Both the position numbers and the translations under genes were made by a program. Shown here piece after piece: positions 46,744-59,316 of a DNA stretch of 64,000 nucleotides (positions are counted from its first letter, which is position 1; each line of letters opens with the position of its first letter). Origin of the DNA: Azolla caroliniana (Eukaryota; Plantae; Polypodiophyta); NCBI GenBank assembly GCA_043228905.1, contig JBHGNT010000013.1:9548001-9612000 (forward strand), read 5' to 3'. The notes under the pieces are model-generated. The model was not told the origin of the DNA and ran no database searches. It was given only the letters and a program-made list of their open reading frames with translations.

Positions 46744-49700
46744 TGTCGTGAAGATTTTCGTCCACAAGCGGAAACCCGAGCAACAAGAGCCAAAGAGCGA
46801 TGTGCAACGTTGCACACGTACATAATGTGTTTGTAATAGTAATAAGGGTAAAGGGTATGGTGCTAGAAATGCCCCATAAGATCCCTAAGGTATAAAGGTG
46901 ATGTGGTCTTGTGCGCACATCCACGCGCGAGAGAGAGAGAGGTACTATGCGGTACATAGGTACCTAGTTGTTTGTGAGGAGGTGGGAGTTAAGGGGGCCA
47001 TCAATCTCACCCTCCCCAAATCAAGGCAAATATCCCCTTTGAATGAAAGGGGGATATTTTAGTCTCACTTTTGTAAACGGTCTTCCCACCTTGTGCTATA
47101 AAAGGAGAGGGAAGGCACCATTGTGGGGGTTGCCTATTTTGGAGTGTGCGAGGTATACCACATAGGTCGAGCGTTAGGGTTAGGGTTAGGGTTAGGGTTT
47201 CTTTATCTTTATCTTCATCTTCGTCGGTTAGGGTTTCGAGTAGTCATTTGGTGCGGCCTATGCGGCCACCATTTTGTAATCGTTCATTTTGTTTTAATAT
47301 ATCTTGTTGATCATCTTGTCTCCATCTTCCTCTTGTTCGATCTAATCTCTTGTTCATTCTTCTTCTTCTTGAGCAAAGCTTCCATTCCATGTCCGATTCC
47401 TTCTCCTCTACTCCTTAGTCCAAGACCCCCGTGGTCCTGCCCTTCTCCACGCACGCGCGTAGCAACGCGACATATTTGGTGAACCCGACATGAAGAGGCG
47501 GCAAGGGAGGAAGGAGATGGAAGCCGGAGACATCGCGGAAGTAATTACGAGAATGGCAAGGGATTTCCAAGAGGAGAGGAAGACGGGAAGAGGCGTACAA
47601 GTACGATCGACGCGAGTTCGATCTATGGATGTCGTCAGCAAAGGCTCCTCGAAGCGCAATGAAGGCATTCCGGTAGTTCGATCTCCGGTTTTCCCAACTT
47701 TCGGTCCGGGATCAAGAATCGGTGGGGGCGAGCAAGGTCTCACTATTCTTGAAGTCGGTGAATGAAAGGGGAAGAATGGCCATTTTTCCCTACCTCGAAG
47801 ACGATGAAGGGGCGTACGGCCTCACCGAAGATTGGAACGAGGTGGAATGGGCGTGCATACAATGCGATGAGAGGCGGTCGGCCACAACGCGGCCCGCGAG
47901 CGGCGGAGAAGAGAGAGCGGCGACCGACTACGCACTACCGCCGGAAGAGAGCTCAACGCAAATCGGTTCGGAGGAGCTCGACATCGAAGCCTTGGTGCGG
48001 GAAGCGTACGAGATCGTAGAGGCACAAATCGAAGCCGAAGAAGGGCTTATTGCGGAGTCGGGGCCGAGCGGATCAGAGGATGAGGAGGCCGAAAGAGAAT
48101 GGTACATCGGTACCACGGGAGAGGGTGCGGGACGAGCCACCCTCTCGACATGCGGAGAAAGATCGGCCGAGGACGAGGTCGGGGACGGTGAGGCGGCGAT
48201 CGCCAGTTCAAGCGGACATGAGGGAGTTCGGGCATGGAGGCCCGAAACATCGAGCGGGGAGAAGACGGGCGGTGCTGCCGGGACCTTACGCACACCGGGC
48301 CTAAAGACTCCGGCAACAGGCCCGAGAGCCGGTGTGAGACCTAGAGTGACGGGCGGTGGCGGTGGCAAGGCGGGCGACCACGATGGTGACATGGAAGAGG
48401 GTGTAGAAAGAGCGGTCACTCTCTCGTCTTGCGGCGAATGGACAGCCATGGAGGCCGATAACTACGGATTCAGGACATGGCGGCCCGAAACATCGAGTGA
48501 GGAGGAGACAAGCGGCGGTGCCGCGACCTTACACACACCGGCCCTAGAGGCACCGGCGGTCGGCCCGATTGCCGGTGTGAGACCTAGAGCGACGGGCGGT
48601 GGCGGCAGCAAGGCGGGCAACAGAGACAACGGTAAGGAGACCGTGGAAGAGGAGGCGGCAAGCATAATTGATGCTTGCATATACGGAGGTGAGGTAGCCA
48701 CGGACGACGATGTCCGAATGGAGGTGGCTACGGGCATAGCATCGACGAGCGGCGGCGTTGCTATCTTACACGCACCGGTTCAAGAGACCCCGGCGGCCGG
48801 CCTGAGTGCCCGCGTGAGACCTAGGGTAATGAACGGTGGCAGCGGCAAGGCGGACGACTACGGTGACGATGTGGGAGAGGGTGCGGAGCGAGCGACCCTC
48901 TCGACTTGCGAAAAGAGGACGGCCATGGATGAGGCCGATATCTACGGAGCAATGGACGCCACTTTGAGAGTGGGCGAAAGTTTTGGGATGCGGTTGCACA
49001 AAATGTTCTATGAGGATTTCGCGAGCATACTCGAGGCTTGCGAAATCGAGGAAGAAGAGGAGACGAGCGGCGGTGCCGCGACCTTCCACACACCGGTCCT
49101 AGGGACTCCGGCAACCGGCCCGAGAGCCGGTGTGAGACCTAGAGAGACGGACGGTGGCGGTGGCAAGGCGGGCAACCGAAATGACGAAGAGGAGGTTTGT
49201 AGCGGACGGAGGCGAGATCCCTCGACACCGGGGCCGGAGACTTCGGCGGTTGCGCCCGAGCGCGGACATAAGACCGGAGAGATGGGCGGTGGCCGTGAGG
49301 ATGAGAGGCCCGGAGTGGGCACGTGCGAAAAGACCGAAGGAGAGGTCCGGAGCGGCATCGAGGAGTGAGTCGGGAACCGACCCGACCGAAAGATGAGCCG
49401 GTCGGTAATCCGACCCGACCGGGAGGCGGAACGGAAGAAGAGTGAATCGGGTACCGGAGCGGATGCCCGGTGTGGGAAGGACGAAGAGACCAACGCGGAG
49501 GTTGGGTCTACGGCGGATGAGCGTGAAGTGAAGCATGCACTACGGCCGGCGGAGGGTCAAGGAACAAGCATGCACTCGGGGGAGCGTCAACGAGTGACCG
49601 GAAACGGTGGACCGATTGAGCCTTTGAGAGGCAAGGACTCGGTGGTGGACCGAGAGTGGGAGGAACCCACCACACCTACCCGTGAGGCATCAGCGGTCGC

Positions 49701-51399
49701 GGATCGAAAGGAGAACGAAGAAACGGTGGGTGGCGGCGAGGAGATGGAGACCGACGCAGAGGTCGGGTCTACGACGGAAGCGCGACATGAGACGCATGCA
49801 ATACGGCCGGTGGAGGGCCAAGACACAAGCATGCATACGGCGGATGGGCGACAACGATTGACTTACGATGACGGTCGGGTCAAGCCTTCGAGAGGCAAGC
49901 ACGGGACGAAGGATGGCGCGGCGAAACACCAAGATCGACGACATGGGCCGAGCGCGATCGGCATGAGCGGAGAGTCGTATCTAGGAAAACGGAGGAGGTG
50001 CGTGGAGAACGGAGGGCTACGCACCGGGAAGAGAAAACGTGGTGTCCCGAAGGACATGCGAGGCCAATCGGGCCAAGAGGGCGCGGGTCGAGGCGAAGCG
50101 GTAACGAGAGCCACGAAGAAGGATGGGGTTATGGCAAGCTCTACCGCGAGAGAGCACGGCGAACAATGAGGAAAGCCTACAGAAGGCAAGCGCGGAGCGG
50201 AGAGAGTCGGCACGCCGAGGTGTGCGGGCGGAATCCGGCATGCGACCGGGAGCGTATCCGGAGGATATACGAGGCGAACAAAGGAAGAGCAACCGGGTCA
50301 GCGATGGCGTTCGGGAGGACCGAACGGGGAGGAAAGCACGGGCATCAGATACGGTGGGTCGGATGTAGTCGGTGGTTCAAGGACCCACGGTGGACGTGGC
50401 GGATCGAGTGGAGGCAACGACTCGGCGAACATCGTCGAGTGTGGTGGATCGGATGGTGCCGACGGTTCGAGACCATTCGGCGAGGATGGTGGACCGGAAG
50501 GCGGCGGTGGTTCGTGTGGACGGGGTGGTCTTGCTCGAAGTGGAAGACAAAATCGGGCGGGCCCACAAGGACGCTAAGGACTCAGCCGGTCGTCGTGGCC
50601 GAAAATCTCGTGTTCTCTCCCCTATTTTTTGGCACATATCGGTGGATGTGTGGTTAGGTGGGGGCGGATGTCGTGAAGATTTTCGTCCACAAGCGGAAAC
50701 CCGAGCAACGAGAGCCAAAGAGCGATGTGCAACGTTGCACACGTACATAATGTGTTTGTAATAGTAATAAGGGTAAAGGGTATGGTGCTAGAAATGCCCC
50801 ATAAGATCCCTAAGGTATAAAGGTGATGTGGTCTTGTGCGCACATCCACGCGCGAGAGAGAGAGAGAGGTACTATGCGGTACATAGGTACCTAGTTGTTT
50901 GTGAGGAGGTGGGAGTTAAGGGGGCCATCAATCTCACCCTCCCCAAATCAAGGCAAATATCCCCTTTGAATGAAAGGGGGATATTTTAGTCTCACTTTTG
51001 TAAACGGTCTTCCCACCTTGTGCTATAAAAGGAGAGGGAAGGCACCATTGTGGGGGTTGCCTATTTTGGAGTGTGCGAGGTATACCACATAGGTCGAGCG
51101 TTAGGGTTAGGGTTAGGGTTAGGGTTTCTTTATCTTTATCTTCATCTTCGTCGGTTAGGGTTTCGAGTAGTCATTTGGTGCGGCCTATGCGGCCACCATT
51201 TTGTAATCGTTCATTTTGTTTTAATATATCTTGTTGATCATCTTGTCTCCATCTTCCTCTTGTTCGATCTAATCTCTTGTTCATTCTTCTTCTTCTTGAG
51301 CAAAGCTTCCATTCCATGTCCGATTCCTTCTCCTCTACTCCTTAGTCCAAGACCCCCGTGGTCCCACCCTTCTCCATGCACGCGCATAGCAACGCGACA
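46744..51399 (+). mobile_element. Complete non-autonomous gypsy-type element N2; LTRs 46744-47472 and 50669-51399
   Basis: Near-identical LTRs, 4-bp TSD ACGT (46740-46743 / 51400-51403), tRNA-Trp PBS 47477-47494, PPT ending 50668, no pol motifs. Confidence 0.93.
47722..50169 (+). pseudogene. gag-remnant-fused acidic repetitive ORF of N2 (~815 codons, one in-frame TGA at 49366-49368)
   Basis: N-terminal SKVSLFLKSV..GLTEDWNEV matches G3/G4 gag. About 4 internal repeats (ETSGGAATLHTP..AGVRPR.TGGGGGKAG). The 548-aa and 258-aa ORFs are in one frame. Confidence 0.5.
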
Positions 51400-53740
51400 A
51401 CGTGACAAAGGTGCTTCAGCGGTTCAACATGTTAGAAGCAAAACCGGTTGGATCGACACTCCCAACAAACTGCAGATTATCCGGTAAGCAAAGCCCGAAG
51501 ACGAAAGCAAAGAAGGCTGATATGATGAAGGTTCCATATGCCTCTGCCGTCATGAGAGTGATGTACGCAATGGTGTGTACTCGACCGGATATTGGATACG
51601 CAGTCGGAGTGGTGAGCCGGTTTATGAGCAATCCCGACAAGGAGCACTGGAACGCGGTCAAATGGATACTCCGGTACCTGAAGGGCACTTCGAATATGTG
51701 TCTCCGATTCGGCTCCGGTAAACCTCAACTTGACGATTTTACCGATTCGGACATGTCGGCTGATGTGGATACCAGCCGGTCTACATCCGGGTATGTAATG
51801 ACATATGCAGGGGGAGCTGTTTCGTGACAGTCGAGGCTGCAGAAGGCGGTTGCGTTGTAAACCACGGAGGCGGAGTACATGGCGGTTGTGGAAGCCGGCA
51901 AGGAAATATTATGGATGAAGGACTTCATCAGAGAGCTCGGTATCCGGCAAGATGAATACCGGCTCTATTGTGATAGTCAAATTGCCATCCACCTTGCTGA
52001 GAATGCAGCGTACCATTCCAGGACGAAGCACATCCAGCGTAGGTATCACTAGATCCGGGAGAGAGTAGAAGATCGAGAGTTCGCGTTGACGAAGATCGAC
52101 TCGGCCGAGAACGGGTCAGATATGCTAACCAAAGTTCTGATACCCGACAAGCTGGATGCATGTCGGAAGCGGATCGGACTAGTAAGACATCCCATGCCGG
52201 AGTGAAGGGGGAGTTTGTTAGGAAACAGGTCCCTCCGGATGGGAAGTGAGAAGAACAGTGTTGATGAGCAAACTCGGCCAAGGCTGATAGGTCGAGGCCG
52301 AAACCAGGTGTGGAGTACCCGGCAACGGAAGACCCGGTGAGAACCGGATGACGAGTACCCGGCAAGAGCCGGATGGTGAAGGCCCGGTGAGAAGTTCTCA
52401 CCAGATGAAGGGACATATTCGTAAATATGTTTTCTGAGAGTCCATCAGGGCTATATTTGTAAATAGCCGAAAATTCATATTAGTATAAATATGACTTAGG
52501 GCAAACTTAGTGTTGTAGTAGTTGTCATTCTTGTTAGTGCAAGATTTGAGTGCGTAACTATGTACAAAGAGAGAGAGAGAGAGAGAGAGGAAGAGGTCGT
52601 TGCCTCTGTTGTAACCGCCGCCTGTGGCGAAGAAAGCAAGCTCGAGGTCGTTGCCTTGGTGCTTTGCTATTGTACATTGTGATATAGTGATAGTTTGTAG
52701 TCTGTGGGCTGTCGTGGTTTTTCCCTAGTTTGGGTTTTCCACGTTAACATCCCGTGTACTCTTCTCTTTACTGTGTTGTGCGTTCATTACCCGTTTTCTG
52801 TGTTTGATTCTAGCCTCGGTTGTGGCCGAGTGTTGTTCATTGGGAGCGTGTGTTCCTGTCACCGATCTTCCTTGTATCTTGACCAACTATCAACATGTCC
52901 TCTACATATAATAGGAGAATCAAGAAATCCACTTCGTTGTACCTTTTGACAAACACACAGTTATCAACATGTGTTTTCTGGAACCCTTGTTCCACCATGA
53001 AGGACTCAAACTTCTTGTACCATCAGCGTGGAGCTTGTTTTAGGGCGTACAAGCTTTTCTTCAGTCGACACACTAGATTCTCTTTCCCTTTCTCCACAAA
53101 GCCTTCAGGTTGCTGCATGTAGATCTCTTCATCCAACTCCCCATGCCAAAATGTTGTCTTGACATCCAACTATTCGATCTCCAGATCCATGCTAGCAGCT
53201 ATGCTCAGAACAATTCTAATGAATATCATCTTCACGACTAGAGCGAATATTTCGTAGAGTCAACGCCCTTTTTATGTTGGAAACCCTTCACCTGTCATGA
53301 TATGGCAAAACTCGAACCCATGACCTTATGTTACATGGGTCAAGCTCTTGACCATTAGACTATATGTTATAATACGAAAGATGTTGCTTTCATTTAAATT
53401 TTACTATAGAAAATTAATGTATTTCCAGATTTCTTTGGAACATTCTAGAAACTTCAGGAGTACTCCTGAGAACACTATAAAAGAAGGCACAAGGCATTAT
53501 TTCAAACCAATTTGGTTCAACGCCAATCTTAAGCCTCCTAGCTACTATTGTATATTCTCTTAACATAATATATATCTTTTGTTCTCTCTCTCTCTCTCTC
53601 TCTCACTCACTCACTATTTCCTTCTCTCGAGAGTTCTACACCTCCCTTAGTACTAATCCTCATCTTTTAGTACTAATTCCTTCTCTGTCTTAGTATTGTT
53701 CCTAACAGTACTTCTCTGTCTTAGTACTATTCTTGACTGT

Positions 53741-53752
53741 TTGAACCGATTT
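53741..53752 (+). promoter_or_regulatory. Self-priming (Tf1-type) PBS
   Basis: TTGAACCGATTT is the exact reverse complement of AAATCGGTTCAA in the 3' LTR (62575-62586), 33 nt after the start of TATAAAA. Confidence 0.75.
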
Positions 53753-53833
53753 TGTCTCATTCCTTCTCTTCCTTTATCTTCTTACTTCTCCCTCCCTTCA
53801 TACTAATCTCTTATTCATCTTTTCTCTCATACT

Positions 53834-55689
53834 ATGGCCATTGTTAGCGCTCAAGAATATCAATCCGTTTTTTTTGGAGTTGCAATGCTTGAAAGAGAAG
53901 TTTCTCGCATTGGAACAAGAAAATCAACAACTGTTGGGGGAGGTTCAACAAATCTCCTTAGAGAAGCAGCAAACGCAACAACAACATGGGGAACTAGCGT
54001 TACGTGTGCAACAGCTCGAAGCAACCATAGTCGCGATGCAACAACAAGGACCCAGTACGCAAGGGGTTCATAAAGAACCCAAGATCGTCCTTCCCATGAA
54101 ATTCGATGGAACGCAATCGCAGTTTAGAGGATTCCTTAATCAGGTACGATTAGTCATTCAAATGCATCCTTCCCGATATCCCACTGATGCATCACAAGTG
54201 GGTTTAGTAGGCACGTTGTTAAGTGGCTCAGCTTTGGCATGGTTCGCTCCATTGTTAGAAAAGGAATCTCATTTACTAAACAATTTTGAAGAGTTTTTAA
54301 GTGAGTTTAAATCCTGTTTTGGAGATACTGATAACATAAGGATAGCAATCAACAAAATTCGATGATTACGTCAAGGTGATCGTCCAGCCTCCACATACGT
54401 TGCATATTTCCGCCTACTCGCCTCCAATATCCCTTGGGATGACCAAGCACTTATGGAGCAATTTCGTTATGGTCTACGTAACGATGTCAAGGATTTACTC
54501 TTGACCTTCTCAGAAGAACCAAAGTCATTGACATAAGCAATCAGTCATGCGGTGAGATGCGACAACTGTCTTTTCGAACGACATTTGGAATGTCAATTCC
54601 AGATGCCAAGGGCAAGATCAGAGCCCACCTACGCCTCAGTGGTAGCAAAACATTTTCCAAGGGAGTCATATAATGCGTCTCCAGTGAATACTCCAACTCC
54701 AATGGAAATTGACACTACACGTCGTCGCGGACCATTATCGGAAGAAGAAAAGTAGCGACGCCGAGCAAATTGACTATGTCTTTATTGTGGTGGACCAGGG
54801 CATATTGCAGTGAACTGTCCCCATAGGCCAAGAAGATAGGTGAACCAAATAGTTGCTAGTTCTAATTGTACTAAACCCGAATCTATTTCAATAGGAATAT
54901 CTGATAGTCCTAATAGTACTAATAGCCAAAATCTATCGAACAAATTTGATGTTCGTAGTCAGTTAGAAGAAGAGTTAAATGACTAAGTCCGGCCAAAATA
55001 GGAGACATTTGGTTGGATAACCCTAGATCTGTGCAGCCCATTAGTGGCTCCATTTCCTCTAAGCAAGTTAGCAATGTGTTATTAGCCCAAGTAACAATTA
55101 GTACTAAAAGTACCTCTCCAGTACATGTCTCACCACTCCTAGATTCCAGAGCTAATTCTTGCTTCATGGATAGGAATTTTCCCCAAGCTCATCAGATATC
55201 CCTAAGAAAACTCCCGTGTCCAGTCTCTATAGTAGTCATTGATGGTCGTCCCATTGCTTCCGCAAATATCATAGAAGAGTCAGAGCCCGTTATTATTGTC
55301 CTAGATAATTTAGCATGTGTAGTATCCTTTAATATAATTAGTATCCCAGAACATCCCATTGTTTTGGGATTAACATGGTTAGAATTACATAACCCAGACA
55401 TAGATTGGACAACAAGAGAAATCCGGTATCGACAAACCCAAGGATCTACTCATAAGATTGCAACCATTTCGCTACATCTGTTGCGTGAGGAAAGACGCAA
55501 GGAAGAAATGTTTCTATTCGTAGTATCCGTAAAACCCTCCAACAACACTAAAGAGGAGTCCACCGTTCAACTTCTAGAGAAGATTGTCATTATGTTGATG
55601 TGTTCGATAAAGTACAAGCCAATACGCTTCCTCACCATCGACCGTATGATTGCCCCATCGATTTACAACCGGGAAAAGAGTCACCATGG
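53834..55689 (+). pseudogene. gag and protease of Tcn1-like A
   Basis: PEG10/sushi-type gag, zinc knuckle ~54777-54818, protease with IVLGLTWLELHNPDIDW. Several stops. Confidence 0.88.
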
Positions 55690-55810
55690 TGTCAGGATCA
55701 GTACTAAGACAGAGACGTACTGTCAGGAACAGTACTAAGACAGAGAAGAACTTAGTACTAAAAGATGAGGATTAGTACTAAGGGAGGTGTAGAACTCTCG
55801 AGAGAATGAA

Positions 55811-55860
<50 letters not shown>

Positions 55861-56883
55861 GATAACAAAAGATATATATTATGTTAAGAGAATATACAAT
55901 AGTAGCTAGGAGGCTTAAAACGGGCATTGAATCTTTTTGGTTCGAAATAATGCATTGTGCCTCCTTTTATAGTGTTCTCAAAAGTACTCCTAAAGTTTCT
56001 AGAATGTTCCAGAAAAATCTGGAATATACATCAACTTCGTATTATAATACATAGCCTAATGGTAAGAGCTCGGCCCATGTAACATAAGGTCATGGGTTAG
56101 AGTCTTGCCATATCATGACACTATCCCCCTTTTAAAACGACGAGTGTCACGAATCGTTTTGGATTGAGGGCCCGGTTTGTTTGGATATTGACGATGGAAG
56201 TCCATCTTCAAGTTCGATCGGGGTGGAGGTGGTTTAATACGACCTGGGATGGTGCTGTCCTGATAGGGTTCTAGGAGAGAACTATGGAACACCGGATGTA
56301 TCCATAGCTACGGAGGTAGATCGAGACGAAAAGCGACATCATTAATCTTTCCGATAATACGCAAAGGACCTAATCGCCGATAATCCAACTTCTCGCATGG
56401 CCGAGTAGTCTTGATGTGTCGTTGTAGTAGCCACACCCGATCTCCAATGTCTAAACCATCTATGGAAGCCGATGACGATTAGCGCAAACCTTCTGTCTTT
56501 GTTGAGCTTGTTGTAGATGAGCGGATAAATCTGCTTGTATCTTACGTAGCCACTCCAAACGATCCTCTGCACAAGGATTTGTAGGTAACTCTGGGGTTTC
56601 GAATACACACCACCAGCGGTGACAGCCCGTCTCAGCATAAAATGGTGTCAACTTTGTTGATGAGTGGACAGAGTTATTATACGCAAATTCGGCGAAGTGG
56701 AGAATATCCACCCAATCATCTTGATGATAGCTTAAAAAGCACCGAAGATACTGCTCCAACGTTTGATTTGTTCGTTCTCCTTGGCCGTCTATTTGCGGGT
56801 GGTAGTCGGAGTAGAGGTTACAAGTGACCTTAAGCATTTTAAAGAGGTGCTTCCAAAACTTCGAGATGAGCTGGGGTCCACGG

Positions 56884-58051
56884 TGTCGTGTGGTTTTTCA
56901 CACACGATAAAAAAACTATGCAAAATAATTATTTTAGATTAGATTAGTGGCTTGTTATAGAAAGATGGATGTACTCACGAGCTTCAAAACGCATTTACTA
57001 CATATAAAATAGACAACTACATATCAAGTTAGGTGGACATGAAGTTTGAGAGGATATGGAAAATAGAATTTTGAAGTATCCCATATAGATAGGAAACTTA
57101 AGGCTCCAGCTATATAACCACATTGAGATCCCTTATTTTTCATCTATGTGTCAAGAGCACAAAGAACATAGTTGGACTTGAGCCACTTTGTCTAGATGGA
57201 TGAATGTGGCTAAGTTCTTAGAACCGGTCGGCAATCAAATCGGAACCGGTCGGTCATGAAACAGGAACCGGCTGGCAATCAAATCGAAACTGGTGAAACC
57301 GGCAATCGGATGGAGCCGGAAATCGGGCGGAGTTGGCAATCGGGAACCGGCGACCGGACAAGGTTGGATGCGGACCGGATGGATTGGATGGGCGGCGATC
57401 GAGATGGACAGATGATAGGATCATGTGGCTAATTAAAGTAAAGTAAAAGAAAACTAAAGTAATGGCCATGTGGACGGTCGCATGTAACTAAAAGGAAAAG
57501 CCATGCAACTAAAAATGGATGCAACTAAAAGTAGACGCCATGCAACTAAAAGTGGGCATGCAAAGTAACATTGAAGGCTATGATCAATGGAGAACTCCAT
57601 ATAAAATTCCATTTTTTTTCCTACACTCATTCTCTCTCCATTTTTATTTTCTTTTCCTTCTTAGCTCCCTTATCTTATCGAAGCCACAACACTCATAAAC
57701 CATAATTTTCCATACGGAAGCCATATCTCTCATAAACCCTAATTTCCTACGGAAGCCATATCTCTCATAAACCCTAATTTCCTTACGAAGCCAAAAACCC
57801 TAATTTTCCCTACGGAAGCCATATCTCTCAAAACCCCTAATTTTTCTTTTCTATTAATCTCAGTAAACCTAAAACTTATGAATCCCAATCTTGGGACATA
57901 TTGTAATTTCTTTTCCTTTGTTAATGAAAATTATTAAATTTCTTATTTCCGTTAATTGTTAAAAATATAAAAGCACGAATGTGATATCCTCTAGTCGGAG
58001 GCCCCGGGGTCCTACCTCAAGTTCACATATCCTCGTCGTATTTTCACAACA
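56884..58051. mobile_element. Solo LTR of family Z
   Basis: TGTCGTG...CACAACA with 4-bp TSD ACGG (56880-56883 / 58052-58055). Removing it restores integrase IISDRGP. Confidence 0.9.
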
Positions 58052-58283
58052 ACGGTCACTGATGATACTATCGGGAAGACCATGATGCCGACATACTTCA
58101 CGCATGACAATTTCGGCAGTTTCTTCACTAGAGATTTCCTTAGTACATAGTAGGAAATGGGCTATCTTCATATATCGATCTACTACTGTTAAGATCACAT
58201 CGAATCCCTTAGAGACCGGAAGATCTGTGATGAAATTTAGGGCAATGTATTGCCATGGCTTCCTTGGAATTGGTAATTGTGAA

Positions 58284-58900
58284 TGTTAATGTGTAGAAGC
58301 GTCAGACAGAACCGGCTCAGCCGGATAGCATTAGAAAATGAGATGAAGGTTTAATGGAAAAACTTAAAACACAGACGAGACAGAGAGAGTAGAACATAAA
58401 ACTATATTCAAAAATTAACGCTAAAACTCTGTACATACAACGTGCTAAACAACAATATTTATACAAGTCCATAAAGGACTGACAGAAGTACTGACAGGTA
58501 CTTCAATGTTCACACGTGCGACTAACACTAACTATGAGATAATGATTACCTAGTAGTCTAGGCTACTACTAGGCTTCCAGTTACCGCTCGAATCCAGCTC
58601 TCCGATCCGGCTCCCTGATCCGGTCGGTTGTTTCTGGATACCGATCTGGCTCATCCTTTCGGATGCCAATCCGGCTCAGGCTTATTCAATCGATCCTGGT
58701 CTGGTTGAGCTTGCTCGCTCAACACTCCCCCTCAAGCTCAACTTGAGGTCGGATCGTGGTGTTAGTGTCTACGGCATCCGATTCTTCTATCCGGCTCCTT
58801 CTCGCGTTGCTCCGCCTCGCTTGCGTTCCTCGTCTGGTCCGGTCTTGTTTGCCACAACCCTTCTGGTTCTACGCACCTCGACCTCCTCGGTTGGCTTTTC
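58284..58900 (-). mobile_element. copia 3' LTR (58284-58724) with PPT and 3' UTR remnant
   Basis: TGTTAA...TCAACA followed by CTCCCCCTCAAGCTCAA, the reverse complement of the motif seen at 40190-40205. Confidence 0.6.
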
Positions 58901-58914
58901 TACTCAACAGGCCC

Positions 58915-59316
58915 ATTTAAGCTCTCATATGAGAATTTTCAAGTAAAACTATAATGATAAAAATATAACTTTAAGGAAATGACTTAGCTTAGTGGTAAGT
59001 ACATTGCTTTCTACCTTGGAGGTGCAAGGTTTAAGTCTTGCTTACATCCCTTTTAAAGCACAAAATACTATTAGGCTTTTGGACCAAATATCTTTAAAAC
59101 ACCATGCACCACGATCAACCAACCCGACCGATCTGTCCGATTTGCATCCGTCCAATCTGGCCCAGTTTGGTCCACATCCCGAGGTCGCCGGATGCTAGTA
59201 ACCACCGGTCGGTCGCCAAATGTTGGTTCCGTTGCCAGTTTGGTCCGCATCCCGATCACCGGTCACCGGTTCCGTCGCCGGATGTCGTCGCCATCCTATT
59301 CCGACTCTGTCGCCGT
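58915..59316 (-). mobile_element. Fragment of a G1-family LTR including the tRNA-like segment (58985-59045)
   Basis: Reverse-complement similarity to 2725-2855. Confidence 0.65.

Larger units (their letters stand above)
45610..52205 (+). pseudogene. pol: copia RT/RNase H of C5, interrupted by N2
   Basis: KARIVVKGF, QLDVKTTFLHGDL, LYVDDML. It resumes at 51400 (EKYV/TKVLQRF). Stops are present in RNase H. Confidence 0.9.
44120..52861 (+). mobile_element. Ty1/copia element C5; LTRs 44120-44765 and 52216-52861; most of protease/integrase deleted
   Basis: Highly similar LTRs, TSD CCAAT/CCGAT, PBS TGGTATCAAAGC 44769-44780, PPT GAAGGGGGAG. Confidence 0.93.
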
